From positions 160,001-224,000 of the forward strand of contig JBMOLF010000015.1 in assembly GCA_049325595.1 (NCBI GenBank): a DNA stretch of 64,000 nucleotides. The letters are read 5' to 3'. The notes under the pieces were generated by a model. It saw only the letters and a program-made list of their open reading frames with translations. It did no database searches and had not been told where the DNA came from. The stretch comes from Candidatus Babelota bacterium (GTDB taxonomy: Bacteria; Babelota; Babeliae; Babelales; Vermiphilaceae). This document shows, piece after piece, positions 9,637 to 18,708 of the stretch. Position 1 is the stretch's first letter. The number at the start of each line of letters is the position of its first letter. The position numbers were made by a program, and so were the translations under genes.

Positions 9637-10542
9637 ATGTTAGCTATTACTGATTTATTTGAATCTTTTAAGCAATTTTTATTAACACAAAAAAGAGTTT
9701 CTCAAAACACATTTGAAGCATATGTTTCTGACTTATCCCAATTTAAAGAATTTTTATTGCACAACAATATTAGCATTCTTACGTTAGACTCTTCTTGCGT
9801 AAAAAAATATATTTCTTATTTGGTTGAGACTTTACAGTTAAGCGCATCAAGTCGCGCACGCAAGATTTCATGCTTAAAAGCTTTTTTTTCGTTTTTGCAC
9901 ACACACTACAACATTCCTAATTTAGGTCTTGAATTATTAATCCCCAAATTAGAAAAGAGATTGCCACATTTTCTGTCTGAAGCAGAAATAGATCAACTAC
10001 TGCGCGTAGCTGATTTAGATACGACTACTGTTGGGGTCCGCAATAAAACTATGCTGTATCTTTTATATGTCACAGGAATGCGTATTAGTGAGCTTACCAA
10101 TTTAACAATAACGTCATATCATGCTGAAACTGGATTTTTGCGTGTAAATGGTAAAGGAAACAAAATGCGCGAAATTCCACTACCACATTCAATTCTTGAT
10201 ACCCTCAATCACTATGTAACGGTAATTAGACCCAAACTTTGCCAGGAATTACGATCAGATTATATGTTTCCTATTTTGTATGGCGGCTCAGTAAGACCAA
10301 TTACTCGACAAGCATTTTGGGTGATACTCAAAAACTTATGGAAAAAAACTGGCATTAAAAAAAATATTTCACCACATCAACTTAGGCACTCATTAGCGAC
10401 TCATTTACTCAAACGTGGCGCTGATTTACGATCGTTGCAGCAAATACTTGGTCATGAAAATGTTTCTACCGTTCAAATATATACTCACGTTGAAACCACT
10501 CATTTGCGTAAAATATATGATAAGAAACATCCACGCTCATAA
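9637..10542 (+). CDS. xerD: Site-specific tyrosine recombinase XerD
   Basis: LYVTGMRISEL, GKGNKMR, TRQAFW, SPHQLRHSLATHLL..GADLRSLQQILGH...TVQIYTHV, HPRS end. Confidence 0.9.
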   Translation: MLAITDLFESFKQFLLTQKRVSQNTFEAYVSDLSQFKEFLLHNNISILTLDSSCVKKYISYLVETLQLSASSRARKISCLKAFFSFLHTHYNIPNLGLELLIPKLEKRLPHFLSEAEIDQLLRVADLDTTTVGVRNKTMLYLLYVTGMRISELTNLTITSYHAETGFLRVNGKGNKMREIPLPHSILDTLNHYVTVIRPKLCQELRSDYMFPILYGGSVRPITRQAFWVILKNLWKKTGIKKNISPHQLRHSLATHLLKRGADLRSLQQILGHENVSTVQIYTHVETTHLRKIYDKKHPRS

Positions 10543-10567
10543 TTAACTTAAAAACACGGGGGGAACA

Positions 10568-10936
10568 ATGGCATCTTTAGTTAAATTAATAGCATTATTG
10601 CTGGTTATAAACTGCGGTACTCATATTGATGCTATGGATGATGTGCATATACCGATCAAACAAAAACGAAATTCAACCGAAATTGAGGAAATGAAAAATG
10701 CATGGATCGCTTATGAGTTAGTGGTTACCCATAGAGTTGTGATACATAATTATAAACAAGAACTTCTTGTTCAGTACAATGAATTACGAAAAGCGTTTAA
10801 TATGCCTCCCGGTACTTATATTGATAAAGGATGGCTGGATGGTGTTGAGCATGTGCTATCACATATAATCGATAAACCATATCTTGGATATAAAAAAAAG
10901 AAAAAAAGAAGAAATAAGATTTGTCTTGTGATATAA
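10568..10936 (+). CDS. Secreted protein with C-terminal polybasic-CaaX motif (candidate effector)
   Basis: Signal peptide IDA|MDD; ends KKKKKRRNKICLVI*. Confidence 0.7.
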   Translation: MASLVKLIALLLVINCGTHIDAMDDVHIPIKQKRNSTEIEEMKNAWIAYELVVTHRVVIHNYKQELLVQYNELRKAFNMPPGTYIDKGWLDGVEHVLSHIIDKPYLGYKKKKKRRNKICLVI

Positions 10937-10965
10937 TTGCCTGCTGTTTTGTATAATTATTTTTT

Positions 10966-11496
10966 ATGAAAGAGGCTATGATAGTATTATTACTTGGCAT
11001 TAGCTTGACCGTTTGTTTTACTGCTTTTTCAATGGAACAAGAAGTGTCAACTTCTATAGAATTAATGACAATCATATCGCGGCAATCAAAACAGATTATC
11101 TCAATGCCTGAACTCCAAGAATTACCAGCTATTGTTTGTGTGCAACATGAGGGTAACGATCATGGAGAAATCCATTGGTTTGAGGGAAAAAAATTACAAC
11201 AAAATGGCTATGCCATTGCGCGAACCAAAACATCTAAATTAATTAATATAGTTGCTTACAAAAAAACTGTTTTTAACGTTGACCCCAATAGCATTCTGTT
11301 TAATGATGCAGAGAATTCAATAACATTAACACTTAAAGATTTATCACGAAAAAATAATTTTGTGGTGAAATCGACTATGAAACAATTTCAAAAAGATATT
11401 ATTAACAGCATAAGCATCAATGGTATAGAACATATTTTTCATAGTCCCTATGAAATAATACCCATGGTAAAAAAAATAATACCAATCTCTTATTAA
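10966..11496 (+). CDS. Secreted hypothetical protein, degenerate EEP-like, paralog of 11508
   Basis: AFS|MEQ; PAIVCVQHEGND. Confidence 0.6.
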   Translation: MKEAMIVLLLGISLTVCFTAFSMEQEVSTSIELMTIISRQSKQIISMPELQELPAIVCVQHEGNDHGEIHWFEGKKLQQNGYAIARTKTSKLINIVAYKKTVFNVDPNSILFNDAENSITLTLKDLSRKNNFVVKSTMKQFQKDIINSISINGIEHIFHSPYEIIPMVKKIIPISY

Positions 11497-11507
11497 AAGG
11501 AAGCTTT

Positions 11508-12167
11508 ATGAACTTATTACAAAAGACTCTTGTTTTTCAATTAGGAGTACTTTGCTCAATTTCTTGTGCAATGGAATTAGTGCCAACTAATCCACCAATT
11601 AGTATTTTGACTATTCAGACAGATCATGAAGAACAATTGTTAATTACGCCAAGTCTTGACCAATCACCTGATATTGTGTGCATACAACACAAAGGTGAAG
11701 ATAACGAGGCTATCAAAGAACTCGAGAAAAAATTAGAAAAAAATTATACCTGTAATAGTTTTAAAGTAAAATCAAATCTAGTTAAGCCTCAAATCGCGCT
11801 GGGTTCTACCATTAATATAATTGGTTATAACAATAATAGTTTTGAGTCTCCAAAAAAAGGTACTATTCAGTCAACTCAAATAGGTCTTAGCAATTGGATG
11901 AATATACCGTTATATAGAAAATGCAATGGTAGCCAAATCCATATAATTTCTGCAATGCCAAAAAAAGATGTTTTTATGGATGAAACTACTATTAAAAAGT
12001 TTATCATAAATGATGCTCATCAATTTGCTGCTAAAACAGATGCTTCAGTAATTGTAGTCGCAGATTTTGAAGGTAATCAAAAACAAGACTCACAGTTAAT
12101 TATCCTTTCAAAAACAGTTGCATATAAATTAGGTATTCAAAAATTAAAATTAATGAACGATAATTAA
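11508..12167 (+). CDS. Secreted hypothetical protein, degenerate EEP-like
   Basis: SCA|MEL; PDIVCIQHKGED and VIVVADFE resemble EEP motifs DxxxLQE and GDFN. Confidence 0.6.
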   Translation: MNLLQKTLVFQLGVLCSISCAMELVPTNPPISILTIQTDHEEQLLITPSLDQSPDIVCIQHKGEDNEAIKELEKKLEKNYTCNSFKVKSNLVKPQIALGSTINIIGYNNNSFESPKKGTIQSTQIGLSNWMNIPLYRKCNGSQIHIISAMPKKDVFMDETTIKKFIINDAHQFAAKTDASVIVVADFEGNQKQDSQLIILSKTVAYKLGIQKLKLMNDN

Positions 12168-12187
12168 TAGAACTTTTTATGGCAACT

Positions 12188-12222
12188 AAAAAACGGATGA
12201 AATCAATCATCCGTTTTTTTTA
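12188..12222 (+). terminator. Intrinsic terminator
   Basis: AAAAAACGGATGA-loop-TCATCCGTTTTTT followed by more T. Confidence 0.75.
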
Positions 12223-12247
12223 TGAATTATATGAGTAAAGGAATGTA

Positions 12248-12757
12248 ATGAAAAAATATTTAATTATTGTCTTAAGTTTTTCATTGTTGCGCTGCATGGA
12301 AAAAAATAATATTACTGCATTTGCACCATTTCCCGATCCAAATAATAAGCCTTGTTATGATGGTGGTTGGTTTAAATTAAATGAATTTGAAGAAGCCCCA
12401 ACCAATATTAATCAATGGTTTGAATTATACGGACCGGTTAATAAACCCTATGATATTAGTGATTTATGCAAAGCGACATTATTAAGAAATTTATTTAAAG
12501 AAGCACGCGTGCATAGCTTTTTAAATGATACAGTAAAAAACGAAATTTTAACTGATGAAGAAATAAAAAAAATAATAGAGAGCAAAAAGCCAATCAACGA
12601 TATTAAAGGCCGTATACTTAAAATAGTTTTCTCTGACGCTACAATAAATCTTTATGATTACATGATCTATAATGGACGAAAAGCCGCTGAGACAGCACTT
12701 ATTAATACTAAGAAAATCAAGAAAGAATCATGCTGCGATCATGCTGCCAATGATTAA
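12248..12757 (+). CDS. Secreted hypothetical protein
   Basis: Signal peptide LRC|MEKNN. Confidence 0.6.
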   Translation: MKKYLIIVLSFSLLRCMEKNNITAFAPFPDPNNKPCYDGGWFKLNEFEEAPTNINQWFELYGPVNKPYDISDLCKATLLRNLFKEARVHSFLNDTVKNEILTDEEIKKIIESKKPINDIKGRILKIVFSDATINLYDYMIYNGRKAAETALINTKKIKKESCCDHAAND

Positions 12758-12790
12758 AATATCCGTCATCAGACTCAATATAACTGAAGG

Positions 12791-13039
12791 ATGTCCATGT
12801 ATAAATACCTACTTGTAAGTTTATTAACTATGAGCACACTCTATGCCATGGATAGAAATAATCAAAATAATGCAAATAATAATAAAGCTAAGATGATAAG
12901 ATATATTCATGAGATTCCATGTACTTTACCATCATCTTCAAGTTCATCGGGCGATGATTCTGACTCAGAAGAAGATCGAATTCGTTTTTGGATTGGGGAA
13001 AGTTTGGCTGAACTTCAAAGAAAATTTTATAACAAATGA
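12791..13039 (+). CDS. Small secreted low-complexity protein
   Basis: LYA|MDRNN; Asn-rich, then SSSSSSGDDSDSEED. Confidence 0.55.
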   Translation: MSMYKYLLVSLLTMSTLYAMDRNNQNNANNNKAKMIRYIHEIPCTLPSSSSSSGDDSDSEEDRIRFWIGESLAELQRKFYNK

Positions 13040-13206
13040 AAAAATCGTATAACGATAATTAATTTATATAAGCGGATATCAATTATTCGCTTTTTTTATT
13101 TTAATAAAACTTTTCATTTTTTCATGCGCATATTATATTGATATTCTAGCCATAAAATTGGAAAAAATATTTAAAAAATTACCGTATAATAAAGGCATTT
13201 ACGCTC

Positions 13207-14331
13207 ATGGAAAGCAACTTTATTGTAGAACAAAAACCGTTCATTTCATTGCTATCTGCAATGCAACCTATTTGCTCAAAACGTACTACTATTGATGCAA
13301 CAAGCATGATTATGTTTCAAATAGGACACAAAGAAGTGGTGTTAAAAAGCACTGATTTAGAAATTAGCTTACAAGCAAGTTACTTGCCTAGTTTGTGCAA
13401 TATTACTGAACCGCATTCATTTTTAGTTCCAGGCAAACGTATTTTTGATATTGTAAAAGAATTGGATGGTGACATACAATTTCAATTGCGTAACAACCAA
13501 CTTTCAATCAAATCAGGTTCGGTTAATTTGTCGTTAAATATTAAAGATGCGCAAGAATTTCCACCATTTCCTGAGCGCATTGAAAATATTATGCACCTTG
13601 ATGCATCATTCTTGCTTAATATGCTTGATAAAGTTGCCTTCTTGATTCCCCAAAATAATGCTAACAACTCATTAAACGGCTTATTCTTAGAAATTTCGCC
13701 AACAGAATTTAAAATGACCACCACGGATGGGCATTGTCTTGCTCAGGTAAGCACCGATAAGTTTACCTTAGAAGAACCTAAAAAATGGTTACTTCCTCGT
13801 CGTGCCGTTTTTGAAGTAAAAAAATTACTCGAAGCTGCGTCAGATAGCCCGGTATTTTTAGGGGTATGCGGTAATCAATTAGTGTTTTCTGGTGAATCAT
13901 TTAACTTCTTCACTAAACTACTTGCCGATCAATTTCCTCAATACAATGCAATCTTAAATAAAGAAGGCTTTGTTGGAGCAGTGGTTGATCGTTCACATTT
14001 AGTTAAAACATTGCGCCGTTCTTCTTGTTTATTATCAGGACAATTTATTGCTACAAAATTTAGTTTTGATTCTAATTCTTTAAATGTATCGATGCAAAAT
14101 AAAGAAGTAGGTAATTTAGAAGAAAATTTACCATTATATCAATTTAATGGTGACCCTATGGATATTCGCTTTTATGCGCCATATCTTTTAAGCGGCCTTC
14201 AAGCATTTGCCGATGATAAAATTAATTTTTTCCTAAAAAATGCTACTAAACCAATTTTATTCCAAAGCGAAACTGATAGCGGCAGACTTACCTATTTGGT
14301 AATGCCAGTATCGCCTACTATGAGTAATTAA
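13207..14331 (+). CDS. dnaN: DNA polymerase III beta clamp
   Basis: STDLEISL, TTDGHCLA, FPQY, YLVMPV C-terminus. Confidence 0.95.
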   Translation: MESNFIVEQKPFISLLSAMQPICSKRTTIDATSMIMFQIGHKEVVLKSTDLEISLQASYLPSLCNITEPHSFLVPGKRIFDIVKELDGDIQFQLRNNQLSIKSGSVNLSLNIKDAQEFPPFPERIENIMHLDASFLLNMLDKVAFLIPQNNANNSLNGLFLEISPTEFKMTTTDGHCLAQVSTDKFTLEEPKKWLLPRRAVFEVKKLLEAASDSPVFLGVCGNQLVFSGESFNFFTKLLADQFPQYNAILNKEGFVGAVVDRSHLVKTLRRSSCLLSGQFIATKFSFDSNSLNVSMQNKEVGNLEENLPLYQFNGDPMDIRFYAPYLLSGLQAFADDKINFFLKNATKPILFQSETDSGRLTYLVMPVSPTMSN

Positions 14332-14333
14332 CA

Positions 14334-15410
14334 GTGCAATTGCAACGCCTTACTATCAAAAATTTTCGCTGTTTCGAGTCTTTAGAGCTTAATTTTGGCA
14401 ATGCTATAATTTTCATCGAGGGACTCAATGGTTCGGGAAAAACCTCTATTATAGAGGCGTTGCATTATTTATGCTATCTTCGCTCATTTCGAACTTCAAG
14501 CTCATCTGACTTGCTTCAGTTTGATACTCAGACTTTCTTTGTAAAGGCTGAGATTAAAAATAACGACATTATAGATGAATATCATTCTATTCAAGTAGGT
14601 TTTAAGGGCAAAAAAAAGATCGTTCGCGTTAACCAGAAAGCGGTCAACTCCTATAAAGATTTAATGCATTTTTACCGGGTTATAACCGTTACCGAAGACG
14701 ACCTTGAGCTTATCAAGGGTTCCCCAGAAGCACGTAGAAATTTTATCGATCATGTTATTATTCTTTATAGCCCAGATTTTGCCCAATCTGTTCGTCGCCT
14801 TAAGCATATTGTAGAACAACGTAATGCTATTATCATGCAGGGCAAAAAAGATGCTACCGAATTTGCTATTTGGACTCAGCAGCTTTGGCAGGTTTCCCAG
14901 CATATAAAGCAGTTGCGCAAAGAAACGTTAGTTCAACTTGAGCAGGAAATAGGGGTACTTACCCAGGCATACTTTCCTGATATTGCTATTCAGTTTCATT
15001 ATACCAGTAAATCCAATCAAGACGCGTACGAGCAATTTTTTACAGAAAATTCATCATTATTCGCTCAAGAAGAGCGCCTGGGGCGCTCCTTATTTGGCGC
15101 ACATTTAGATGATTTTTCGGTAACTTTTCAGCAAAAAAAATCTAAGATTTATGCATCACGAGGTCAACAAAAATTGGTTATCATGCTGGTAAAAATTGCG
15201 CAAATGAAGTGGCTCTGCCAACGCAAGGGCCCTGCAATCTTCCTTCTTGATGATTTTATGACTGATTTTGACCGTCAAAAGGGTATTCAGCTTCTCAAGC
15301 CGCTTTTAGATATGAGCAATCAAATAATTATAACAGCACCAGGCACCAATCAGTGGTTAGCCCAAGAATTGCATTCTTATGGTTGTACTTATATAAATCT
15401 TACAGAATGA
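14334..15410 (+). CDS. recF: DNA replication/repair protein RecF
   Basis: NFRCF, GLNGSGKTS, RSFRT, SRGQQK, FLLDDFMTDFD; follows dnaN. Confidence 0.93.
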   Translation: MQLQRLTIKNFRCFESLELNFGNAIIFIEGLNGSGKTSIIEALHYLCYLRSFRTSSSSDLLQFDTQTFFVKAEIKNNDIIDEYHSIQVGFKGKKKIVRVNQKAVNSYKDLMHFYRVITVTEDDLELIKGSPEARRNFIDHVIILYSPDFAQSVRRLKHIVEQRNAIIMQGKKDATEFAIWTQQLWQVSQHIKQLRKETLVQLEQEIGVLTQAYFPDIAIQFHYTSKSNQDAYEQFFTENSSLFAQEERLGRSLFGAHLDDFSVTFQQKKSKIYASRGQQKLVIMLVKIAQMKWLCQRKGPAIFLLDDFMTDFDRQKGIQLLKPLLDMSNQIIITAPGTNQWLAQELHSYGCTYINLTE

Positions 15411-15450
15411 ATATTTTATTATAAATAAAGCATTATTATTTTTTACTGTT

Positions 15451-15479
15451 TTGACAAACATAAAAATTATCTATATAAT
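15451..15479 (+). promoter_or_regulatory. Consensus sigma70 promoter
   Basis: TTGACA (15451-15456), 17-bp spacer, TATAAT (15474-15479). Confidence 0.8.
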
Positions 15480-15485
15480 GTTTGT

Positions 15486-15691
15486 AATGATATTTGAAAA
15501 AAGATTGTTAAAACAACATTTATTGACATAAAATATTTGACTTTTTTGTAATATCATTTAATTTAATTCTTAGAATCTATAGTCAAAATATAAAAATAAC
15601 TTATGGACTATAAGAAATTTTAATTAGGCTTCATTACTACTCTCCTTTTTTCCATCGCATTGATTTCGGTCAGTGCGGTGGAATTTTTTTT
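15486..15691 (+). ncRNA. Putative small regulatory RNA (~205 nt) with anti-Shine-Dalgarno seed
   Basis: Perfect promoter upstream; 5' hairpin (15486-15503 with 15541-15558); second hairpin (TATAGTC/GACTATA); unpaired CATTACTACTCTCCTTTT; terminator; no substantial ORF. Confidence 0.65.
15650..15691 (+). terminator. Intrinsic terminator with UUCG tetraloop
   Basis: TTCCATCGCATTGAT-TTCG-GTCAGTGCGGTGGAA (15 bp with G-U pairs) plus T8. Confidence 0.85.
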
Positions 15692-15996
15692 GCTTATTTA
15701 CCATTTTTTTCAATACGATATAGATCAGCTCATGTGTATAAGCAAAGACCTATTTATTTAGTTAGTTATTCGTATAGTGGTCTTTTTTCTATTACTAGTA
15801 GTAAGACGTTTAATTGGTTAGTAAATTTGTGTGGGTTTTTACGCAGAGATAAATAAATGCCTTCCTTTATAAAGAATAATATAATTAAAACCGCAAAAAA
15901 TTGATTCATCAATAATTTGATTCATCAATGTTCATAAAGTCACGGTCCATCCATCTTCAAATTTTTACATAATGAGCATTATCGGAACATTTTTTG

Positions 15997-16464
15997 CTAA
16001 TTAGCATACGAAAGTACAAATACTGGTACCTGCTTGAGCCCTTCTTTAACTGCCTGATAAAAATAGGTATACCAAAGCTGCTCATTTAACAGTGAAGTTA
16101 GTTCAATCCAAATAAAATCACAGTTAAATTCTTCGCATAAAAAATCTTGCATAGTTTTTTTGGAAGTTGTATCTAAATATCCATAAGCCAATAATGAATT
16201 ATATAGATCAATAATTTCTGGTTCTAAATTATGATTATCTAATGATAAACAACCGATTGCTTGGTAACATCCTAAAGACCTTAACAACATTTTCATTATA
16301 GAGCGTCCAGCTAATGTATCTTTAACTAATATTTGATGTATTCCTGGCGTAAGCATTAATGAATGCCCAGCAATAATATTTTCTTCTTTTGCAAGCCCTG
16401 ACAAAAAACTATAATTAAATGCTTTATTAGTAGTAAATACCGACGACGAGCGCTTTAACATCAT
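15997..16464 (-). CDS. Hypothetical protein
   Basis: ORF downstream of ruvC; start placed at ATG 16464 after AAGAGGAA. Confidence 0.6.
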   Translation of the reverse strand: MMLKRSSSVFTTNKAFNYSFLSGLAKEENIIAGHSLMLTPGIHQILVKDTLAGRSIMKMLLRSLGCYQAIGCLSLDNHNLEPEIIDLYNSLLAYGYLDTTSKKTMQDFLCEEFNCDFIWIELTSLLNEQLWYTYFYQAVKEGLKQVPVFVLSYAN

Positions 16465-16552
16465 AAGATTCCTCTTTGAATGCGCTTTTATACCATTACA
16501 TCCCCTAACTATCAATCCTACTCTACTTTATTTTATAAAAGAAATGCAATTA

Positions 16553-17041
16553 TTATCGCATTAAAAGGGAATGTTTGTTTTTCCACAACCCACATAAGGT
16601 AATAGCTAATGCATCGGTAACATCATATTTATTCGGTTTAATGAGTTTGGGGAAAAGTTGTAAAATTACGCGTGCAACTTGGTCTTTACTTGCACCCCCA
16701 AAACCAGTAAGTGATAATTTTACTTCTCGAGGCGCAAATTCATGTAAGTGAATAGTATATTGATTGGCTAGTAAATAAATAATACCGCGCAAATAACCAA
16801 GTTTTAGAAAATTTTGGGCATTTTTACCCAAGAAAGGAGTTTCTAGTGCTATATCAGTTACCTGATACATTTTTATTTTTTCAGAAAAAAAGTTGTAAAA
16901 AAGACCAACTCGTTCAGACAAATGCTTGGATGGTGGTGTCGCTAAAAAACCGCAGTCTAACAACTGTGATTGGTGTCCATTTTTTTGAATTATTGCAAAC
17001 CCAGCAGCGGTAAACCCTGGGTCGATTCCTAATACTATCAT
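16553..17041 (-). CDS. ruvC: Holliday junction resolvase RuvC
   Basis: VLGIDPG, ALETPF, PREVKLSLTGFGGASKDQV, DVTDALAI. Confidence 0.95.
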   Translation of the reverse strand: MIVLGIDPGFTAAGFAIIQKNGHQSQLLDCGFLATPPSKHLSERVGLFYNFFSEKIKMYQVTDIALETPFLGKNAQNFLKLGYLRGIIYLLANQYTIHLHEFAPREVKLSLTGFGGASKDQVARVILQLFPKLIKPNKYDVTDALAITLCGLWKNKHSLLMR

Positions 17042-17105
17042 ATGACTTTATGAAGGCGCTCTAAGATGAGCGCCTCGTATTGTTTTATTTTTGTTTTTTC
17101 GTCGG

Positions 17106-18254
17106 TTATTTAAAATATGAAACTATCGAAGATCCCAAATTTGATATGGTTCTTTTAGCTTCATAGCTAGCAGCTTCTAAGATGCCATATTTTTCGTCTT
17201 TTTTTCTGATGCATCTTTCTACTTCATTCATCTGAGTTGTAATGCGAACTAGATTGGCCTCCAGTTGTTTTATGTTACTTTCTATAGATGGTTTGTTTTC
17301 TAGTGTAGTTACCGCTAATTTTTGTTGTTCTGCTTTCAATTGATGCTCAATCTCTTCTTTACACTTTGATACTTCTTTCTTTTTTTCTTCTAACATTGTT
17401 ATGAAAACTGTTTTTCTCTTATCGTAAGCATCAATAAACGCTTTTATTTCATCAATTTTGTTTGTTGAATCTGAAATCGCATTGTCAATAAACTTGATAT
17501 CTTTCTCAGTTTGAGCTTTGATCTCTTTTTGTTTTTTTATTTCAACTTCAATTGGTTTTAATTGTGCAGTTAATGATGCAATTTTTTGCGCTTCTTCAGA
17601 CCAAGAAGCAACTGGCTTTGCGGCCATTGCATTATGTAATTCTGCTAATTGTAATTTAATACCTTCTGCTTGTTGCGTTTTTTCAATTAACAAAGATTCT
17701 GTTTCTTGAGAAACTCGTTGCTTTTGGGCCAACTCTTTTTGTTTTTGCACAAGAAATTGATTGTAATACTCCAAGTCTTTATTATTTAATTTTTTTGCTT
17801 CTTCGCTCGCTGGAATTACATAATAACGAAATTTAATTAAATTAATGTTATACAGATCTTCCTTAGCCTTCAATTCATTATCTAACCTGCTGGTTTCTTT
17901 TTTTTCTTTCTGTGCTTGTTCAATTTGTGTTTTTAATGCTTGAATCTCACTTTTAATTGGCTTAAGATATTTTTGATAAACACCTTCAAAAACCGTATAG
18001 TAATTCGTTAACTTTGATAAATCTTTTTTTTGTTCTTTAGCTATTGTTTCAATCTTACGAAAGGCATCAATTTCACCGTGTGATGGTCTATTAGGCAAAG
18101 AAGTTTTTATCTGACTTAATAATGTATGCAATAAGTCTTGTTGTTGTATCACTACATTATTTGTAGTACTAGCTAAGGTTATGGCTTTTTCATCCATTGC
18201 ATGTGTCAGAAAACTACTCATTAAAGTAAGTAAATAAGCGGACCAATATTTCAT
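17106..18254 (-). CDS. Secreted coiled-coil protein
   Basis: THA|MDE; long K/E/Q-rich heptad pattern. Confidence 0.7.
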   Translation of the reverse strand: MKYWSAYLLTLMSSFLTHAMDEKAITLASTTNNVVIQQQDLLHTLLSQIKTSLPNRPSHGEIDAFRKIETIAKEQKKDLSKLTNYYTVFEGVYQKYLKPIKSEIQALKTQIEQAQKEKKETSRLDNELKAKEDLYNINLIKFRYYVIPASEEAKKLNNKDLEYYNQFLVQKQKELAQKQRVSQETESLLIEKTQQAEGIKLQLAELHNAMAAKPVASWSEEAQKIASLTAQLKPIEVEIKKQKEIKAQTEKDIKFIDNAISDSTNKIDEIKAFIDAYDKRKTVFITMLEEKKKEVSKCKEEIEHQLKAEQQKLAVTTLENKPSIESNIKQLEANLVRITTQMNEVERCIRKKDEKYGILEAASYEAKRTISNLGSSIVSYFK

Positions 18255-18341
18255 TGAATACTCCTTGTAAAATACGATTGTTTTAAATCGTGTCTAACAT
18301 ATAGTACATTTTTATTCAGATGTATAGCTTTTTATTTACTA

Positions 18342-18602
18342 TCATGGTTCGGACATATGAGAAAGCGATTCAACAACATCATAGCAAGAAGTATGTGATA
18401 CACTCTCCGAATCGCAAGGACTGGGCACAAAACAATAATCAAAAGAATGTGCAAGGACTAGCAAAGTATTAAAAGAAATTTTTTTCAAGCCATCAAATAA
18501 ACATGATCTATTGTGATTGGAATTATTTGACAATGAAAACGTATTAATTTCTTGCGCATAGCTATAATAAGCCAACATAAGCAGCAATAAAAAAATTCTC
18601 AC
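18342..18602 (-). CDS. Small secreted hypothetical protein
   Basis: Signal peptide SYA|QEI; AAGGAAAG upstream. Confidence 0.45.
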   Translation of the reverse strand: MRIFLLLLMLAYYSYAQEINTFSLSNNSNHNRSCLFDGLKKISFNTLLVLAHSFDYCFVPSPCDSESVSHTSCYDVVESLSHMSEP

Positions 18603-18708
18603 TTACTTTCCTTAATATAGTAAAAGATAAGTTTTTGACTTTTTTACTGTAGTTAGACAAAAACAAAACTGCAAGAATATTTTTAATATGTGATAACAGT
18701 ATGCACAG

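Noticed and set aside
9637..13039. Integron (recombinase followed by short co-oriented ORFs)
   Set aside because: The recombinase is XerD-like with no IntI insertion visible; spacers are short and show no attC-type repeats
13123..13150. TGCGCATATTATATTG upstream of dnaN as a dif site
   Set aside because: Only partial XerC-arm similarity; no TTATGTTAAAT-like arm
15487..15531. 14-codon ORF MIFEKRLLKQHLLT at the sRNA 5' end
   Set aside because: No RBS and buried in the 5' hairpin; a leaderless peptide cannot be fully excluded
15620..15651. Minus-strand RBS + ATG (AAGGAGAGTAGTA-ATG) as a gene
   Set aside because: Gives only MKPN-stop; promoter and terminator polarity favour a + strand RNA
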